From: a virus
IMG/VR virus record: IMGVR_UViG_3300034374_009254
Coordinates: 1-64,000 of that record
Direction: 5' to 3' (one strand)
DNA length: 64,000 nucleotides
Below are positions 26,798-37,682 of the stretch, in pieces. The notes under the pieces are model-generated. The model had not been told where the DNA came from. It did not search any database and saw only the letters and a program-made list of their open reading frames with translations. Numbering within the stretch: position 1 is the first letter of the stretch; the number at the start of each line of letters is the position of its first letter. The position numbers were made by a program, and so were the translations under genes.

Positions 26798-28092
26798 TAT
26801 GTCCACCTCAATAGTATTATGCCAGAACCTCCAGCACCCGCTGCAGCTTGAACACTGCTTCGAAATTGGCCTCCACCGCCGCCGCTTCCTGTATTAGCAA
26901 GTCCATTCGTCGCGTTTTGTTCTCCATTTGTATTGTTTGAGCCATTTCCTCCTCCGCCATAACCTCCTGAAGATGTACCAGCAGATGCATTAGCTTCTAT
27001 TGCACCCCCTCCGCCCCCTGCAATGTACCAAGTTCCATTTACTTCTTCACCTGCAGATGCTCCTTGAAGCCAATCAGAATATGTAGAACTTCCTACACCT
27101 CCATCGCTCATTCCCGCTGTGTAGGAACCACAGTCTGTTCCACCATTAGAGCCTACGGCACCTGCTCCTCCGCCACCACCTGCTGAAGAGCAACCAGTTC
27201 CTCCGCTTTGGCCGCCAGCATTTCCTTGTCCAGCGGTACCTGCACCACCTGCTGAGGGAGATCCGTCGCGACCTCCACCTCCTCCAGATCCGCCCGATGA
27301 TCCTGCAGTTCCATAAGCTCCACCGGCACCACCACCAATCGCATCAGTTTGCCCGGTAAATGTAGAATTTGATCCATTCGATCCTACTGCTCCTCCGTCA
27401 CCTACTATAGCAGAATAAGTTCCTGCAGCAAGAGATTGATTTGAAGCATACACAAGGCCTCCTGCTCCTCCTCCGCCACCGCCGTTTGTTCCTGTGCCTC
27501 CGCCTCCACCACCGCCTGCAATAATTAGTATATCTGCAGTTATAGATGAATTAAGTACAAAATTTCCATCAGCAGTAAATTTTGCATAATTATATGTAGT
27601 GCCGCCTGATGTATATGTACCTAAACTTCCTCCTCCAGTAACAGAAGGCAAATCAGTTGCACCATCTTTGCTGAATAAAGTCCAATCAGTTGTTGATTTT
27701 GCAATTGCAAATTGTCCTGTACTAGTAATGTAAGCTAAATCTCCTATTACATTATTACTCGTAGGTAAATCAGAAACTGCACTATATGTTGTAATACTAG
27801 CATCAGCTCCGTCGGCACCATCAGCACCATCAGCACCATCTGAGCCGCCCGAAGGATTCATTTGAACCCATTGATTTGAAGATCCATCATTGTAGTAAAC
27901 ATATGTTTTTGCTACACTGGAATCAAACCATAAATCTCCACCCCCGGGGTTACTCGGAGGAGTATCTGAGATTGTAACAGCTTCTCCAGCAGCAGCCTTC
28001 CACACACCTTTTGTTGAATTATATGTATATACAGTACCGCCAAATGTATGTGTGGCTCCGTTTGAGGGACTGCTTGGAAAGTTCGTTGCCAT
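26797..28092 (-). CDS. Fibre/adhesin with collagen-like linker and glycine-rich domain
   Basis: MATNFPSSP; GDLWFD module; GAD repeats; IIAGGGGGG...ANTGSGGGG...GGSGIILLR. Confidence 0.78.
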   Translation of the reverse strand: MATNFPSSPSNGATHTFGGTVYTYNSTKGVWKAAAGEAVTISDTPPSNPGGGDLWFDSSVAKTYVYYNDGSSNQWVQMNPSGGSDGADGADGADGADASITTYSAVSDLPTSNNVIGDLAYITSTGQFAIAKSTTDWTLFSKDGATDLPSVTGGGSLGTYTSGGTTYNYAKFTADGNFVLNSSITADILIIAGGGGGGGTGTNGGGGGGAGGLVYASNQSLAAGTYSAIVGDGGAVGSNGSNSTFTGQTDAIGGGAGGAYGTAGSSGGSGGGGGRDGSPSAGGAGTAGQGNAGGQSGGTGCSSAGGGGGAGAVGSNGGTDCGSYTAGMSDGGVGSSTYSDWLQGASAGEEVNGTWYIAGGGGGAIEANASAGTSSGGYGGGGNGSNNTNGEQNATNGLANTGSGGGGGQFRSSVQAAAGAGGSGIILLRWT

Positions 28093-28096
28093 AATA

Positions 28097-30787
28097 TTAT
28101 CCTTCTAAAGCTGCTGTGGGTGGTGTGAAGTTTGCGGTGTATCGAGCTAGTCCTTTGGTTACTCGGAAATCGGACATATAACCTGTAATAGTTCTTGAGG
28201 TTGGAGCATAAAATCCGCCTCCAAGATAAAAATCTCCGCCGTCCGCTACCGTGTAATTACCTGTATAAGTTGAACCGTCTTGCGTGCCATTTACAAATAA
28301 TTTTGTTTCATTGCCCGATCTTGTGACAGCAATATGATTCCAACTACTGGTTATTATATTTGTTGAGCCTGTAATTACATAAGCACCGGAGTTAGCCGCG
28401 TAAATGTACAAAGCAACATAATTGTTACTACTACTAAACTCTAATGACCAAGTTATACTCGACAAACCTCCGGGAGAGCCTTTTGAAAATATTCCAGCAG
28501 TGCCTCCCTGTGCAGAGATCCAAGCCCAACATTCAACGGTATAGTCTGAGCTACCAAGTTCTATCGACCGCATCAGCATATGATCATTTCCATCAAATTT
28601 TATTGATGAAGTTAAATATTTACTCTCAGTTGTAGATGATTTAGTATCTCCCATAAGCTTGACTGATTTTACTGCTTGAGCTTTATCAATAATACCAGCG
28701 TTCGTTCCTTGCACTAGCAAAGACGTGTTCGTGATTGTTGTTAACGGTGCTGTGGGTGGTGTGAAGTCTGCCGTATAAACTGCCGCTCCTTTTACTACAC
28801 GAAAATCTGCAATATTACTTTCAGCTAAGACGTTAGAGCCATCTGCTCCCATTGTACCTATAATAAAAGGATGTCCATTATCAGTTACAGTAATAGAACT
28901 AGTAACTGATACCCCCGCCTTTCCATTTATATATAATTTAAAGCTAGTTCCATTTCTTACAATTGCAAAATGATTCCACTGGCCAGTTTTAAAAGTTATA
29001 CTTGAAGCTGTGTTGATTGCCCAGGAACCAGACTGTGCAACTAAAAGGGAGGGTTGGCCCGTGCTAGTGCCTCCAAAATATATTAAAATTCCGTTTGCTT
29101 CACTGCTATTTGCTCGTTTTGAAAGCAATCCATTACTTCCTCCCGGAGTTACAACTGGATAATACCAACCTTCTATTGTAAAATCAGAGCTGCCCATGTC
29201 TAAGTCCGCATGATCTGCAATACTTAAATAATCGCCAGTACCATCAAAATACATCGACCCGCCATGACTACCGGCTGAGTATTCTTGTGAGTCGTATGGC
29301 GAAAATGGTTCTGTTTTGGTGTTGCCGCTGGAAGTTAAATTTTTATTATTTGTTGAGCCATCGGCAATGTAAGGTAAATGGCAAGCTAGTACGCTAGTAT
29401 TGGTGATTGCTGTGAGTCGTTCTGTCGGAGGGGTAAAATTAGAAGTATAGACTGCACTGCCATTTACAACGCGAAAATCAGTAATATATCCATTTATACT
29501 TCCAGCAGCTTGAGTTCCTAGACCTCCAATATAGGCTATCGAGTTATACCCAAGAGTAGCGCTATTTGTTGCAGTAGTTGCCGATGCTACTCCATTTAAG
29601 TAAACAGATACAGTACTTCCGCTACGAACTAATGCGACATGATTCCACTCATTTGCAGCAGGAACAATGTCTGTTGGAGAAAAGGTTGCCCCCCCAGAAT
29701 TTAAATAAATATTAAAACCTCCCCCAAAATTTACATTAAAAGCAAAATACGAGCCGTGTACATAGAGACTTTTATCTCCAGTGTCTAATGAATATACCCA
29801 TCCTTCTATAGTAAAGTCACCTGTAAATTGATTATCAGTAGAAGCTGGTATGTTTAAGCTCGTGCCCGCTGTAGTCCTCATAGAATACCCACCATGGCGA
29901 TAAGGACTAAACGTAGTCTGTGTTGCATTACCAGCAGCAGTGATAGTATGACTATTGGTACTTGAATCTACAAAAGTACTATTTGTAGCATTATTCGTAC
30001 CAACCGATGTAATTAATGCAGTAGTATATTTTTGATTTACAACTTTAAATTGCAATGTAAAAGTCGCCGGAGCAGTCGCAATATTGACTCCATCCGAAGC
30101 ACGGAATGTAAGACTGAACGAACCGGCATTTGCAGTATTCGTTGAAGGTGTGATCGTAAATACATTTGCATTCTGAGTGACGGTTGCAATGTTTCCAGAC
30201 GTATCAGAAGCAATACTATAAGTAATTGGGAGGCCTTCAGGATCCGTAGCAGTAATCGTGACTGTTGTAGCTGTACCATCAATTGCTAATCCATAACTTG
30301 AAGATACGCCACTAATACTGGGCGTTGTATTGATTAAAGCGATATTATACCATCCACTACCATTCCAAAGGTAGAGACGATTACTTGCTGTAACAAATGC
30401 TTGGTCTCCTGCGCTCGCAGTTCCAGGCAAATCATCTACAGTTGCATATACCGCAGCACTTCCATCCGCACCTGCAGGACCTGTAGCTCCGTCAGCTCCG
30501 TCAGCTCCTGCGGCTCCGGCAGAACCAATTACTTCTACCCACTGAGCTGAGTCAGTATCTTCATAGTATACGAACATACCTCCATCATGGGTATCATACC
30601 ACAGATCTCCATCACTCGGGCTACTTGGAGCAGTATCATCGGTAGTCACCGAAGCGCCGCCTCCCCCGGCTCCGCCGGAAGCAGCGGCTGTCCAGTAACC
30701 TTTACTGGAGCTATAAGTATATGTAATTCCTCCGACGTCTTGAGTATCGCCGTCCGAAGGACTATCGGGAAAATTTATTACTGCCAT
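28097..30787 (-). CDS. Fibre/adhesin with Ig-like domain and 3 LamG domains
   Basis: MAVINFPDSP; GDLWYD module; paralogous to 24299..26797. Confidence 0.8.
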   Translation of the reverse strand: MAVINFPDSPSDGDTQDVGGITYTYSSSKGYWTAAASGGAGGGGASVTTDDTAPSSPSDGDLWYDTHDGGMFVYYEDTDSAQWVEVIGSAGAAGADGADGATGPAGADGSAAVYATVDDLPGTASAGDQAFVTASNRLYLWNGSGWYNIALINTTPSISGVSSSYGLAIDGTATTVTITATDPEGLPITYSIASDTSGNIATVTQNANVFTITPSTNTANAGSFSLTFRASDGVNIATAPATFTLQFKVVNQKYTTALITSVGTNNATNSTFVDSSTNSHTITAAGNATQTTFSPYRHGGYSMRTTAGTSLNIPASTDNQFTGDFTIEGWVYSLDTGDKSLYVHGSYFAFNVNFGGGFNIYLNSGGATFSPTDIVPAANEWNHVALVRSGSTVSVYLNGVASATTATNSATLGYNSIAYIGGLGTQAAGSINGYITDFRVVNGSAVYTSNFTPPTERLTAITNTSVLACHLPYIADGSTNNKNLTSSGNTKTEPFSPYDSQEYSAGSHGGSMYFDGTGDYLSIADHADLDMGSSDFTIEGWYYPVVTPGGSNGLLSKRANSSEANGILIYFGGTSTGQPSLLVAQSGSWAINTASSITFKTGQWNHFAIVRNGTSFKLYINGKAGVSVTSSITVTDNGHPFIIGTMGADGSNVLAESNIADFRVVKGAAVYTADFTPPTAPLTTITNTSLLVQGTNAGIIDKAQAVKSVKLMGDTKSSTTESKYLTSSIKFDGNDHMLMRSIELGSSDYTVECWAWISAQGGTAGIFSKGSPGGLSSITWSLEFSSSNNYVALYIYAANSGAYVITGSTNIITSSWNHIAVTRSGNETKLFVNGTQDGSTYTGNYTVADGGDFYLGGGFYAPTSRTITGYMSDFRVTKGLARYTANFTPPTAALEG

Positions 30788-30791
30788 AGTA

Positions 30792-33326
30792 TTATCCTTG
30801 TAAAGCTGCTGTGGGTGGAGTGAAGTTAGCTGTGTATCGAGCGAGGCCTTTGGTGACACGAAAATCTGACATATAACCGTCTAACTTAAAAGTAGCGGAT
30901 GTATCCACATTATCTCTTAGAGTCGCAATTAACATTGATTCGTCAGTTAAATTAATACTTGATGTTGCAGTATTGACTGAAGATCCTGCAACATAAACAG
31001 TTATTGTTGATCCACTTCTAACAACAGCAACATGAGTCCATGTTGAATTAGTAATACTACCACCCACAGTAAAAGTTGAATTATTTACAACCATCCTCCA
31101 CTCATTGCCAGATGTTACATACAAAGCAACGCCAGTTGTAGATGTGTTTGTTGTTCTTGTATCCCAAATACCTTGATTTTTACTTGAATTTAAATATACC
31201 CAACATTCAACAGTATAATCACCGCTGCCTAATGCATGAATCTCAGATGATGAAATATTTAAATAATCCCCTGTCCCATCAAAAGCCATTGACGACGTTA
31301 GGTACTTTGTCTGAGCTGTAGACGACTTCACGTCACCGTTTAACGTGATCGTTTTAACGGACTGTGATTTATCAATAATGCCAGCGTTGGTACCGTTGAT
31401 TAATAACTCAGTGCCACTGATTGCTGTTAGTGGTGCTGTGGGTGGAGTGAAGTTGCCGTTATATACATATCCTCCTCTTACGTACCTAAAGTCAGCAATG
31501 TGACCAGAAAACGCTCCATAATGCGGACTCTCTCCAATGCGGAGACTTGTGTCAGACATATTACTATAGGCTGTTGTAGTTCCGAAAGAAGTTCCATTGA
31601 CATACAGAGTTGTTGTTGATCCAACTTTTTCAACACACAAATGAGTCCACTGATTCAAATAAGACAGCCCAGACGCCGTTACGTCTGCGCTGTCTGAATA
31701 TATCCGAATTGTTGAGGGGTCCAAAACAGTCAAGGTAAAACCGCTTGCGCTGGAAGCGGGGGTTCGTGTATCAAAAATAGCATCGTCGGATGCTTGCGAA
31801 ACATTTATCCAGCACTCATAACAAAAATCGCCAGTACCGGGAGCGGTGGGCGAAGCGGTTAAATACGCATTGCCATCTGAAAAATACATTGACCCGCCGT
31901 TGGTACCAGCTGAATATTTAATGTAATCATACGGAGCTGTAGGTGCTGACACAAATGTGCTAGGAACAGTAAAGGTTCTATTATTACTCGAGTAATCTTT
32001 TATCTCTAAGCCTACACCTGTAAAAAAGGCATCAGTAGCGTTAGAGGTAGTCTGAGGCTCTGTTGGAGTAGTAGGCGCGTTACCGCTATACACTGCAGTA
32101 CTCAAACTAAATCGAGCTTCTTTTATGCTTCCTTTGAAACGGCTGCTTGCAACACCGCCTATTATCCAATTACCAGTTGCACCGGGTGTTTCTGAATTAG
32201 AAAAACTAGTTTCTAGTGATCCATCAGCCCAATAATAATAAGTACCATTATATCTCTCCCAAACAAGATAGTGCCATTTTCCATCTCGTAAATCAGTATT
32301 ACACGTTGGAGTTTCTACACCAACGTTTGTATGAGTCATCATATATCCTGTTGTACCTGATACACCAAAGGCTTCTAATTGATTTCCCCCACCATATTTT
32401 CCTAGCACAATAGCATCACCCGTATACCCATCAAGTTTCATCCAACATTCGAATGTCCAGTCACCAGGTTGTAAAGTAGAAAACCCTAAATCCATTACGT
32501 TGGCACCATCACAGTAAATGCTATATCCACCATGGCGATACGGACTAAACGTATTTTGAGTTACATTTCCAGCTACAGTAATCGTATGACTATTGGTACT
32601 TGAATCTACAAAAGTATTATTGACTTGATTATTAGTACCTACTGATGTAATCAATGCAGTCGTATAGTTGCTGTTTTGTACCTGAAATGCCAAAGTAAAC
32701 TCAGAAATTGCGGATGCAATATTCACACCGTCAGAAGCTCGGAATGTAAGTGAGAATGTTCCTGCATCTGCATCGTTTGTAGATGGAGTAATTGTGAATA
32801 CATTTGTGTTTGCTCCAGTGCCTTGTGTTACGGTCGCAGTATTTCCCGAAGTATCACTTGCTATACTATAAGTAATTGGAAGTCCTTCTGGATCTGTAGC
32901 AGTAATTGTAACTACAGTTGGAGTACCATCAGTTGCAAGACCATAGCTTGAAGAGGCTCCAGAAATAGTTGGATTTGTATTGATCAAAGCAATATTATAC
33001 CATCCGCTACCGTTCCATAGATATAGTCGATTGCTTGCTGTTACAAATGCAAGATCTCCTGCATTTGCAGTTTCTGGAAGCAAGTCTATAGTTGCGTAAA
33101 CTGTAACACCGCTTTGATCCGCAAACTCAAGAGCTGTACCACCAGAATTTACTTTTGCAATCTGGCCCGCAGTTCCGAGAGCTGAAGGAGTGTCAGACAG
33201 TCCTGTAAAAGAAGTGACTGCTGTCTGTGAAGCAGCACTTTGCCATACTCCTAAAGTAGAGTTGTATACAAAACCCTGATGAGTATCACCATTTGAAGGA
33301 CTTGCTGGAAAATTAATTGCTGCCAT
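30792..33326 (-). CDS. Fibre/adhesin with Ig-like domain and 3 LamG domains
   Basis: MAAINFPASP; paralogous scaffold ending ARYTANFTPPTAALQG. Confidence 0.8.
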   Translation of the reverse strand: MAAINFPASPSNGDTHQGFVYNSTLGVWQSAASQTAVTSFTGLSDTPSALGTAGQIAKVNSGGTALEFADQSGVTVYATIDLLPETANAGDLAFVTASNRLYLWNGSGWYNIALINTNPTISGASSSYGLATDGTPTVVTITATDPEGLPITYSIASDTSGNTATVTQGTGANTNVFTITPSTNDADAGTFSLTFRASDGVNIASAISEFTLAFQVQNSNYTTALITSVGTNNQVNNTFVDSSTNSHTITVAGNVTQNTFSPYRHGGYSIYCDGANVMDLGFSTLQPGDWTFECWMKLDGYTGDAIVLGKYGGGNQLEAFGVSGTTGYMMTHTNVGVETPTCNTDLRDGKWHYLVWERYNGTYYYWADGSLETSFSNSETPGATGNWIIGGVASSRFKGSIKEARFSLSTAVYSGNAPTTPTEPQTTSNATDAFFTGVGLEIKDYSSNNRTFTVPSTFVSAPTAPYDYIKYSAGTNGGSMYFSDGNAYLTASPTAPGTGDFCYECWINVSQASDDAIFDTRTPASSASGFTLTVLDPSTIRIYSDSADVTASGLSYLNQWTHLCVEKVGSTTTLYVNGTSFGTTTAYSNMSDTSLRIGESPHYGAFSGHIADFRYVRGGYVYNGNFTPPTAPLTAISGTELLINGTNAGIIDKSQSVKTITLNGDVKSSTAQTKYLTSSMAFDGTGDYLNISSSEIHALGSGDYTVECWVYLNSSKNQGIWDTRTTNTSTTGVALYVTSGNEWRMVVNNSTFTVGGSITNSTWTHVAVVRSGSTITVYVAGSSVNTATSSINLTDESMLIATLRDNVDTSATFKLDGYMSDFRVTKGLARYTANFTPPTAALQG

Positions 33327-33336
33327 TGTTTACTCC

Positions 33337-34902
33337 TTACGTAAATATAAAGTTTTTAAACTGTGTTATAAGAGTATCTATAGGAGCACTATTATTCATT
33401 ACTCCAACACCCCCTACCTTATGGCTCATAGTGCCTCTAGCAACATATCCTGCTACTGGGGAAGGCGCATTTGCCCCAAAAAAGGCCATATGATTATCAT
33501 ATGTTCCGTCTATAGGTAAGTAACATAAGCCATACCCTTGGGAACCTCCACTTGTAGTTTCATCAAGCCATGTATTATCAGTAACATTATAAATTCTTGC
33601 ATCAAAACCCGCACCCGCACCTGTCGCTAGTTGTATTGCAATAATGTACCATTTACCTGTAGTTAAAGAATTGCTCCCTGAATAGTACCCGCTACTAGTT
33701 CCGAACGCCCAACCTGCTCCAGAGTATGCTATATCTTGTAAACCTCTACTAGAATTATCAACTGCACTTATACCAATTGATGCACCCCCTAAATAATCAT
33801 ATTGCACAGCATATACTAGTATTCTATCGCTAGAGGTAGGATCAAAACTAAATGCGGGCATACCGGTAAAGAGTATAAGTTCTCCTGTATTATCTATTCT
33901 ACCTGCATCATTTTGCAGTAAGGCATCTGAAACTGTATCGGCTAATGTTACTGTGGTTCCTCCACCACTTCCAATTATTTGTGTACCGTCGCCTGCTACT
34001 AGATAGGGACCATCAAAAAATTGTAAGCTAATTGTTGATGTTCGTGCACTAACATTTAATCCATCGCTAGCTTTTGATCTAAATGTGAACGCTCCTGCGT
34101 CCGAAAGAGTTGTGGAAGGAGTAAAAGTAAAAGTACCGGCACTTTGACTTATTGTTGCCTGTGTTTGGTTGCTGGGGCTAGTATCATAACTATATGTAAT
34201 ATCGAATCCTTCAGGATCAGTTGCAGCAACAGTAAAAGACGAAGTAGAGCCATCAATAGCTAGATCTATTCTTTCAGGAGGTTCTGTAGTCCATGTGACA
34301 TCTTCGTTTGGGCCATTGTAAATTCTATCCCACTCTGTACCATCCCACATATAAAGTGCTTTTGTATCTTGAGCTACAGCTAGGTCTCCAAGAGTATTTC
34401 CAGTAGAAGGAAATGCAGCGAGGTTTGTATAAGACTGTGCGGATCCGTCAGCTCCGTCAGCTCCGTCAGCTCCAGGAACACTTGTACTAACCCACTGACT
34501 TGAGTCAGTATCCGTATAATAAATATACATAACTGCTTCGGAAGAGCTCCACCACAGGTCTCCTGCAGAAGGACTAGTAGGTGCTGTTTCTGATACAGTT
34601 ACAGATGCACCTCCAGACGCGCCGCCTCCACTACCTGTAGGATTGCTTTGTACCCACTGATTTGCAGTGCCGTCATTATAATATACAAATGTTTTGAGTA
34701 CGCTCGGATCAAACCAAAGATCGCCTTCACTCGGACTAGTAGGTGCTGTTTCTGATACAGTCACCGAAGCGCCGCCTCCCCCGGCTCCGCCGGAAGCAGC
34801 GGTAGTTTTCCACGCACCTTTTGTAGAATTATATGTATATACAATTCCATTTATTGTTACTGTATCTCCGTTTGATGGGCTATCAGGAAAATTATATGCC
34901 AT
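33337..34902 (-). CDS. Fibre/adhesin with two GDLW modules, Ig-like domain and unique C-terminal domain
   Basis: MAYNFPDSP; two PTSPS.GDLW modules; ATDPEGFDITYS. Confidence 0.78.
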   Translation of the reverse strand: MAYNFPDSPSNGDTVTINGIVYTYNSTKGAWKTTAASGGAGGGGASVTVSETAPTSPSEGDLWFDPSVLKTFVYYNDGTANQWVQSNPTGSGGGASGGASVTVSETAPTSPSAGDLWWSSSEAVMYIYYTDTDSSQWVSTSVPGADGADGADGSAQSYTNLAAFPSTGNTLGDLAVAQDTKALYMWDGTEWDRIYNGPNEDVTWTTEPPERIDLAIDGSTSSFTVAATDPEGFDITYSYDTSPSNQTQATISQSAGTFTFTPSTTLSDAGAFTFRSKASDGLNVSARTSTISLQFFDGPYLVAGDGTQIIGSGGGTTVTLADTVSDALLQNDAGRIDNTGELILFTGMPAFSFDPTSSDRILVYAVQYDYLGGASIGISAVDNSSRGLQDIAYSGAGWAFGTSSGYYSGSNSLTTGKWYIIAIQLATGAGAGFDARIYNVTDNTWLDETTSGGSQGYGLCYLPIDGTYDNHMAFFGANAPSPVAGYVARGTMSHKVGGVGVMNNSAPIDTLITQFKNFIFT

Positions 34903-34912
34903 TAGTTACTCC

Positions 34913-35839
34913 TTAGAACCAAGACTCTGTTTCAGTAGGGCCACCGCCACCGCCTCCAGAGCCTGCAACATTACTTGCAATTCCTCTGGAAATATTATAC
35001 TCTTTAATTGTTCCTTCCAATTTTTGAAGTTCTGTTAAACTAAAAGGAACTATACCACTATTTGCTCGAATACTTTCTCGAAACTCCTCTAAAAGTGAAA
35101 CAATAGAAGATCGTTTTGCGGAAATTTGCAGTCTTTCATTTACATTAAAAGTAGGAGCGGTGTATGAAGTAGGCACAGCCCGAGTTAAATTTGCAAAAGG
35201 ATTTACAGATTGTAAAAGACCCGCCGCTGGAACAGTTGTTGTTCTATCTGGATCGAACATATACATTGCAGAATAATTATCAAATGAATATGTTCCGGCT
35301 GTAAAAGTCTTTTCATATACAGCCTCATCAGTTCCACTGTCTTGAACAATATTTCCAGCATTTCCGATATTTGTCCAGCCGGTCAGATCAACACCACTCC
35401 AATTTGTTTGCCGTATCATATAAACAGTTGTTGTAAATATGAAAGTAATATCAATTGCATCACTTGTATTGATTTCTCGAGTTGCAACAAGTCCTTGCAA
35501 ATCAACTCCAATATTTGACTGAGTATTTTGTAGATTATTATAGGTAGTCCAACTAGCTGTGGGACTATATAGTTGAAGCCCATTTACTGCAATTCCAAGA
35601 GGCTGTGCCCAACTTGACGACAGTGTAACTCCAGAGTTTTCGACACTTAAAGTATCCGTTGCTGTCACCGTAGTAGACGCCCCCGTAGAATTTAATATAA
35701 AAGCTCCTAAGTCGTAAGTAGTGGTCCCTTGCAGAGACCACGCAGGATACCCATCTACATCTATAGTTAGCGTATCACGAGGATACGCTAACTTTATAGA
35801 AGGATCAGAAGTTGATCTTATTGTAGCGGTATTTGACAT
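34913..35839 (-). CDS. Putative virion accessory protein
   Basis: In the fibre operon; has a YHYH-like LGIAVNG fragment; shares a domain with 39702..40916. Confidence 0.55.
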   Translation of the reverse strand: MSNTATIRSTSDPSIKLAYPRDTLTIDVDGYPAWSLQGTTTYDLGAFILNSTGASTTVTATDTLSVENSGVTLSSSWAQPLGIAVNGLQLYSPTASWTTYNNLQNTQSNIGVDLQGLVATREINTSDAIDITFIFTTTVYMIRQTNWSGVDLTGWTNIGNAGNIVQDSGTDEAVYEKTFTAGTYSFDNYSAMYMFDPDRTTTVPAAGLLQSVNPFANLTRAVPTSYTAPTFNVNERLQISAKRSSIVSLLEEFRESIRANSGIVPFSLTELQKLEGTIKEYNISRGIASNVAGSGGGGGGPTETESWF

Positions 35840-35840
35840 T

Positions 35841-37670
35841 TTAGATACTCACATTTGCTACGATATCACTTACACCAGAGGCCGTAATAATTATATCTAC
35901 ATTTACGTCCGCACTTGTAGAAGTGCTCACAGTCGTAGTAGTTGCTCCTCCTGCAAATGTCATTGTAGAACCCTCAATAGAAAGAGCCACCGTTGTAGCA
36001 ATTCTATCCCCTGATATATTATAAGCACTTACTGCAACTGTACTATTAATATCGGTTCCTGTATGGTTATATGAATTAGAAGCAGGAGTAATGGTAATAC
36101 GTACAGGAATAGACGGAGTAATTACATGAGTTTCCAAATATTCGGCATCTTTATTTTGTGCAGTTGCCATAATTCTGCCAGTACTGTCTCTTCCAATTGA
36201 ATAAATTTTATTCGTTAAAGTAGTTGATAACTCCCAACCATTGGTATTATCCCAATTATAGAAATAAAATGCATCTGCTCCCATAACTCCAAGAAGAGTT
36301 TTTGCGTCATTAAAAAACATTGCATTTTTTGCAGTTTCAGGAATTGTAACGGTAGAATGATGAGTAAGTACAGTTGCATCAGCAGCATCTACAGAATAAG
36401 TAATAAAAGTACGACCATCCGTTGTGCTGTCATGAATACGATGCTCTCCCGCCATATACATAAGAGTGAGATAACGATTTCCACCGCTTACAAAAGATTC
36501 GTTCCATACAACGCCTCGGAATCCATAGGAATCATTTGTAGTTCCCATAAGATTCAACATATGAGTGGAGCTTAAATCACCACTAATTGATGTAACTTGG
36601 TCTCTTGTAAAAGTATCCGTAGTTTTATCCCACTTAAATACCCATGGGTGATAGTTATAGCTCGTATCAAAATACGGAGTATACCATACACGATTTCCTG
36701 CACTTGCTGGATCTTCAAAATGTTTGGAAGAAAACTTTATCATTTGAGCCATTGTAGCGTTCATTGTACGAGCACCACCATAACTAGTTCCTGCCGCTGC
36801 TGGAGCTGTGTTAAACGTATGAAGATCCGTTGTATTATTACTCGAATAATTTAATCGCGTAATATAGTGTTGGTAGTCCGTGTCGTGATGAGTGTACAAA
36901 TACAACGGAAGATCAGAATTGTCAGCTCCAATATATTGAACCCAGTATGGGTTTCGTCGAGACAAATTCATATTCATCTGAGAATCATCAAAATTGGAAA
37001 AGCTATTTCTTGCTATTCCCATCCAAGGTCTAAAGTTATAGCCCCATCGATTCGTTGCAGAAATTCCTCCCACATAATCACCATTTGGGTCTTTGTGCAC
37101 ATAAATTGTAGGCATTTGAGTGTCACTTGAGCCTGTTGTTCCTCCATACCCCCAAATGTTTGTAGGAAGTACTTCATAAAGCTCTTTATTGGAAGGCACG
37201 TTGTACCATACATGAGTGTAATACCAATTATAAGAAATCATTGTTTCATTCCAAATAATTAACTCATTTCCATTTGCATCTGTAAAACGATTTAAGTAAG
37301 AACTAGGAGTATCCGGATCAATACAAAATTGATGCTCATACTGAACATTATTTAAGGTATTTGCTCCGTGGCCTCCTTCGTAATGCCAGCAATACATTGT
37401 TTCGTCTGCAAGAACTTGACACATCGGAGTACCCGCGCGAAGAGTATATCCGTTACCGTCTGTATTTCGAGTATAATTCGAAGAGTCATTATAGCCCATT
37501 TGTGCTTTCTTTTCAGACGAGGCCCTCATCTGAATAGTTCCATTAAAAATCGGAGCAAGAGTAGTTTTGTCATAAGCATCGTGGTCCAAATAGATAGTAT
37601 TCTTTCCAGGCCTTGGGTCCTCAAAAATTGTACAAACTCTAAAGGATCGTGCGTCTTTAATCTTTGCCAT
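35841..37670 (-). CDS. Putative virion protein (beta-rich, C-terminal Ig-like)
   Basis: 609 aa, rich in Tyr/Trp/Thr, in the fibre operon; GGAG RBS. Confidence 0.6.
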   Translation of the reverse strand: MAKIKDARSFRVCTIFEDPRPGKNTIYLDHDAYDKTTLAPIFNGTIQMRASSEKKAQMGYNDSSNYTRNTDGNGYTLRAGTPMCQVLADETMYCWHYEGGHGANTLNNVQYEHQFCIDPDTPSSYLNRFTDANGNELIIWNETMISYNWYYTHVWYNVPSNKELYEVLPTNIWGYGGTTGSSDTQMPTIYVHKDPNGDYVGGISATNRWGYNFRPWMGIARNSFSNFDDSQMNMNLSRRNPYWVQYIGADNSDLPLYLYTHHDTDYQHYITRLNYSSNNTTDLHTFNTAPAAAGTSYGGARTMNATMAQMIKFSSKHFEDPASAGNRVWYTPYFDTSYNYHPWVFKWDKTTDTFTRDQVTSISGDLSSTHMLNLMGTTNDSYGFRGVVWNESFVSGGNRYLTLMYMAGEHRIHDSTTDGRTFITYSVDAADATVLTHHSTVTIPETAKNAMFFNDAKTLLGVMGADAFYFYNWDNTNGWELSTTLTNKIYSIGRDSTGRIMATAQNKDAEYLETHVITPSIPVRITITPASNSYNHTGTDINSTVAVSAYNISGDRIATTVALSIEGSTMTFAGGATTTTVSTSTSADVNVDIIITASGVSDIVANVSI

Positions 37671-37682
37671 CAGTTTTTCTCC

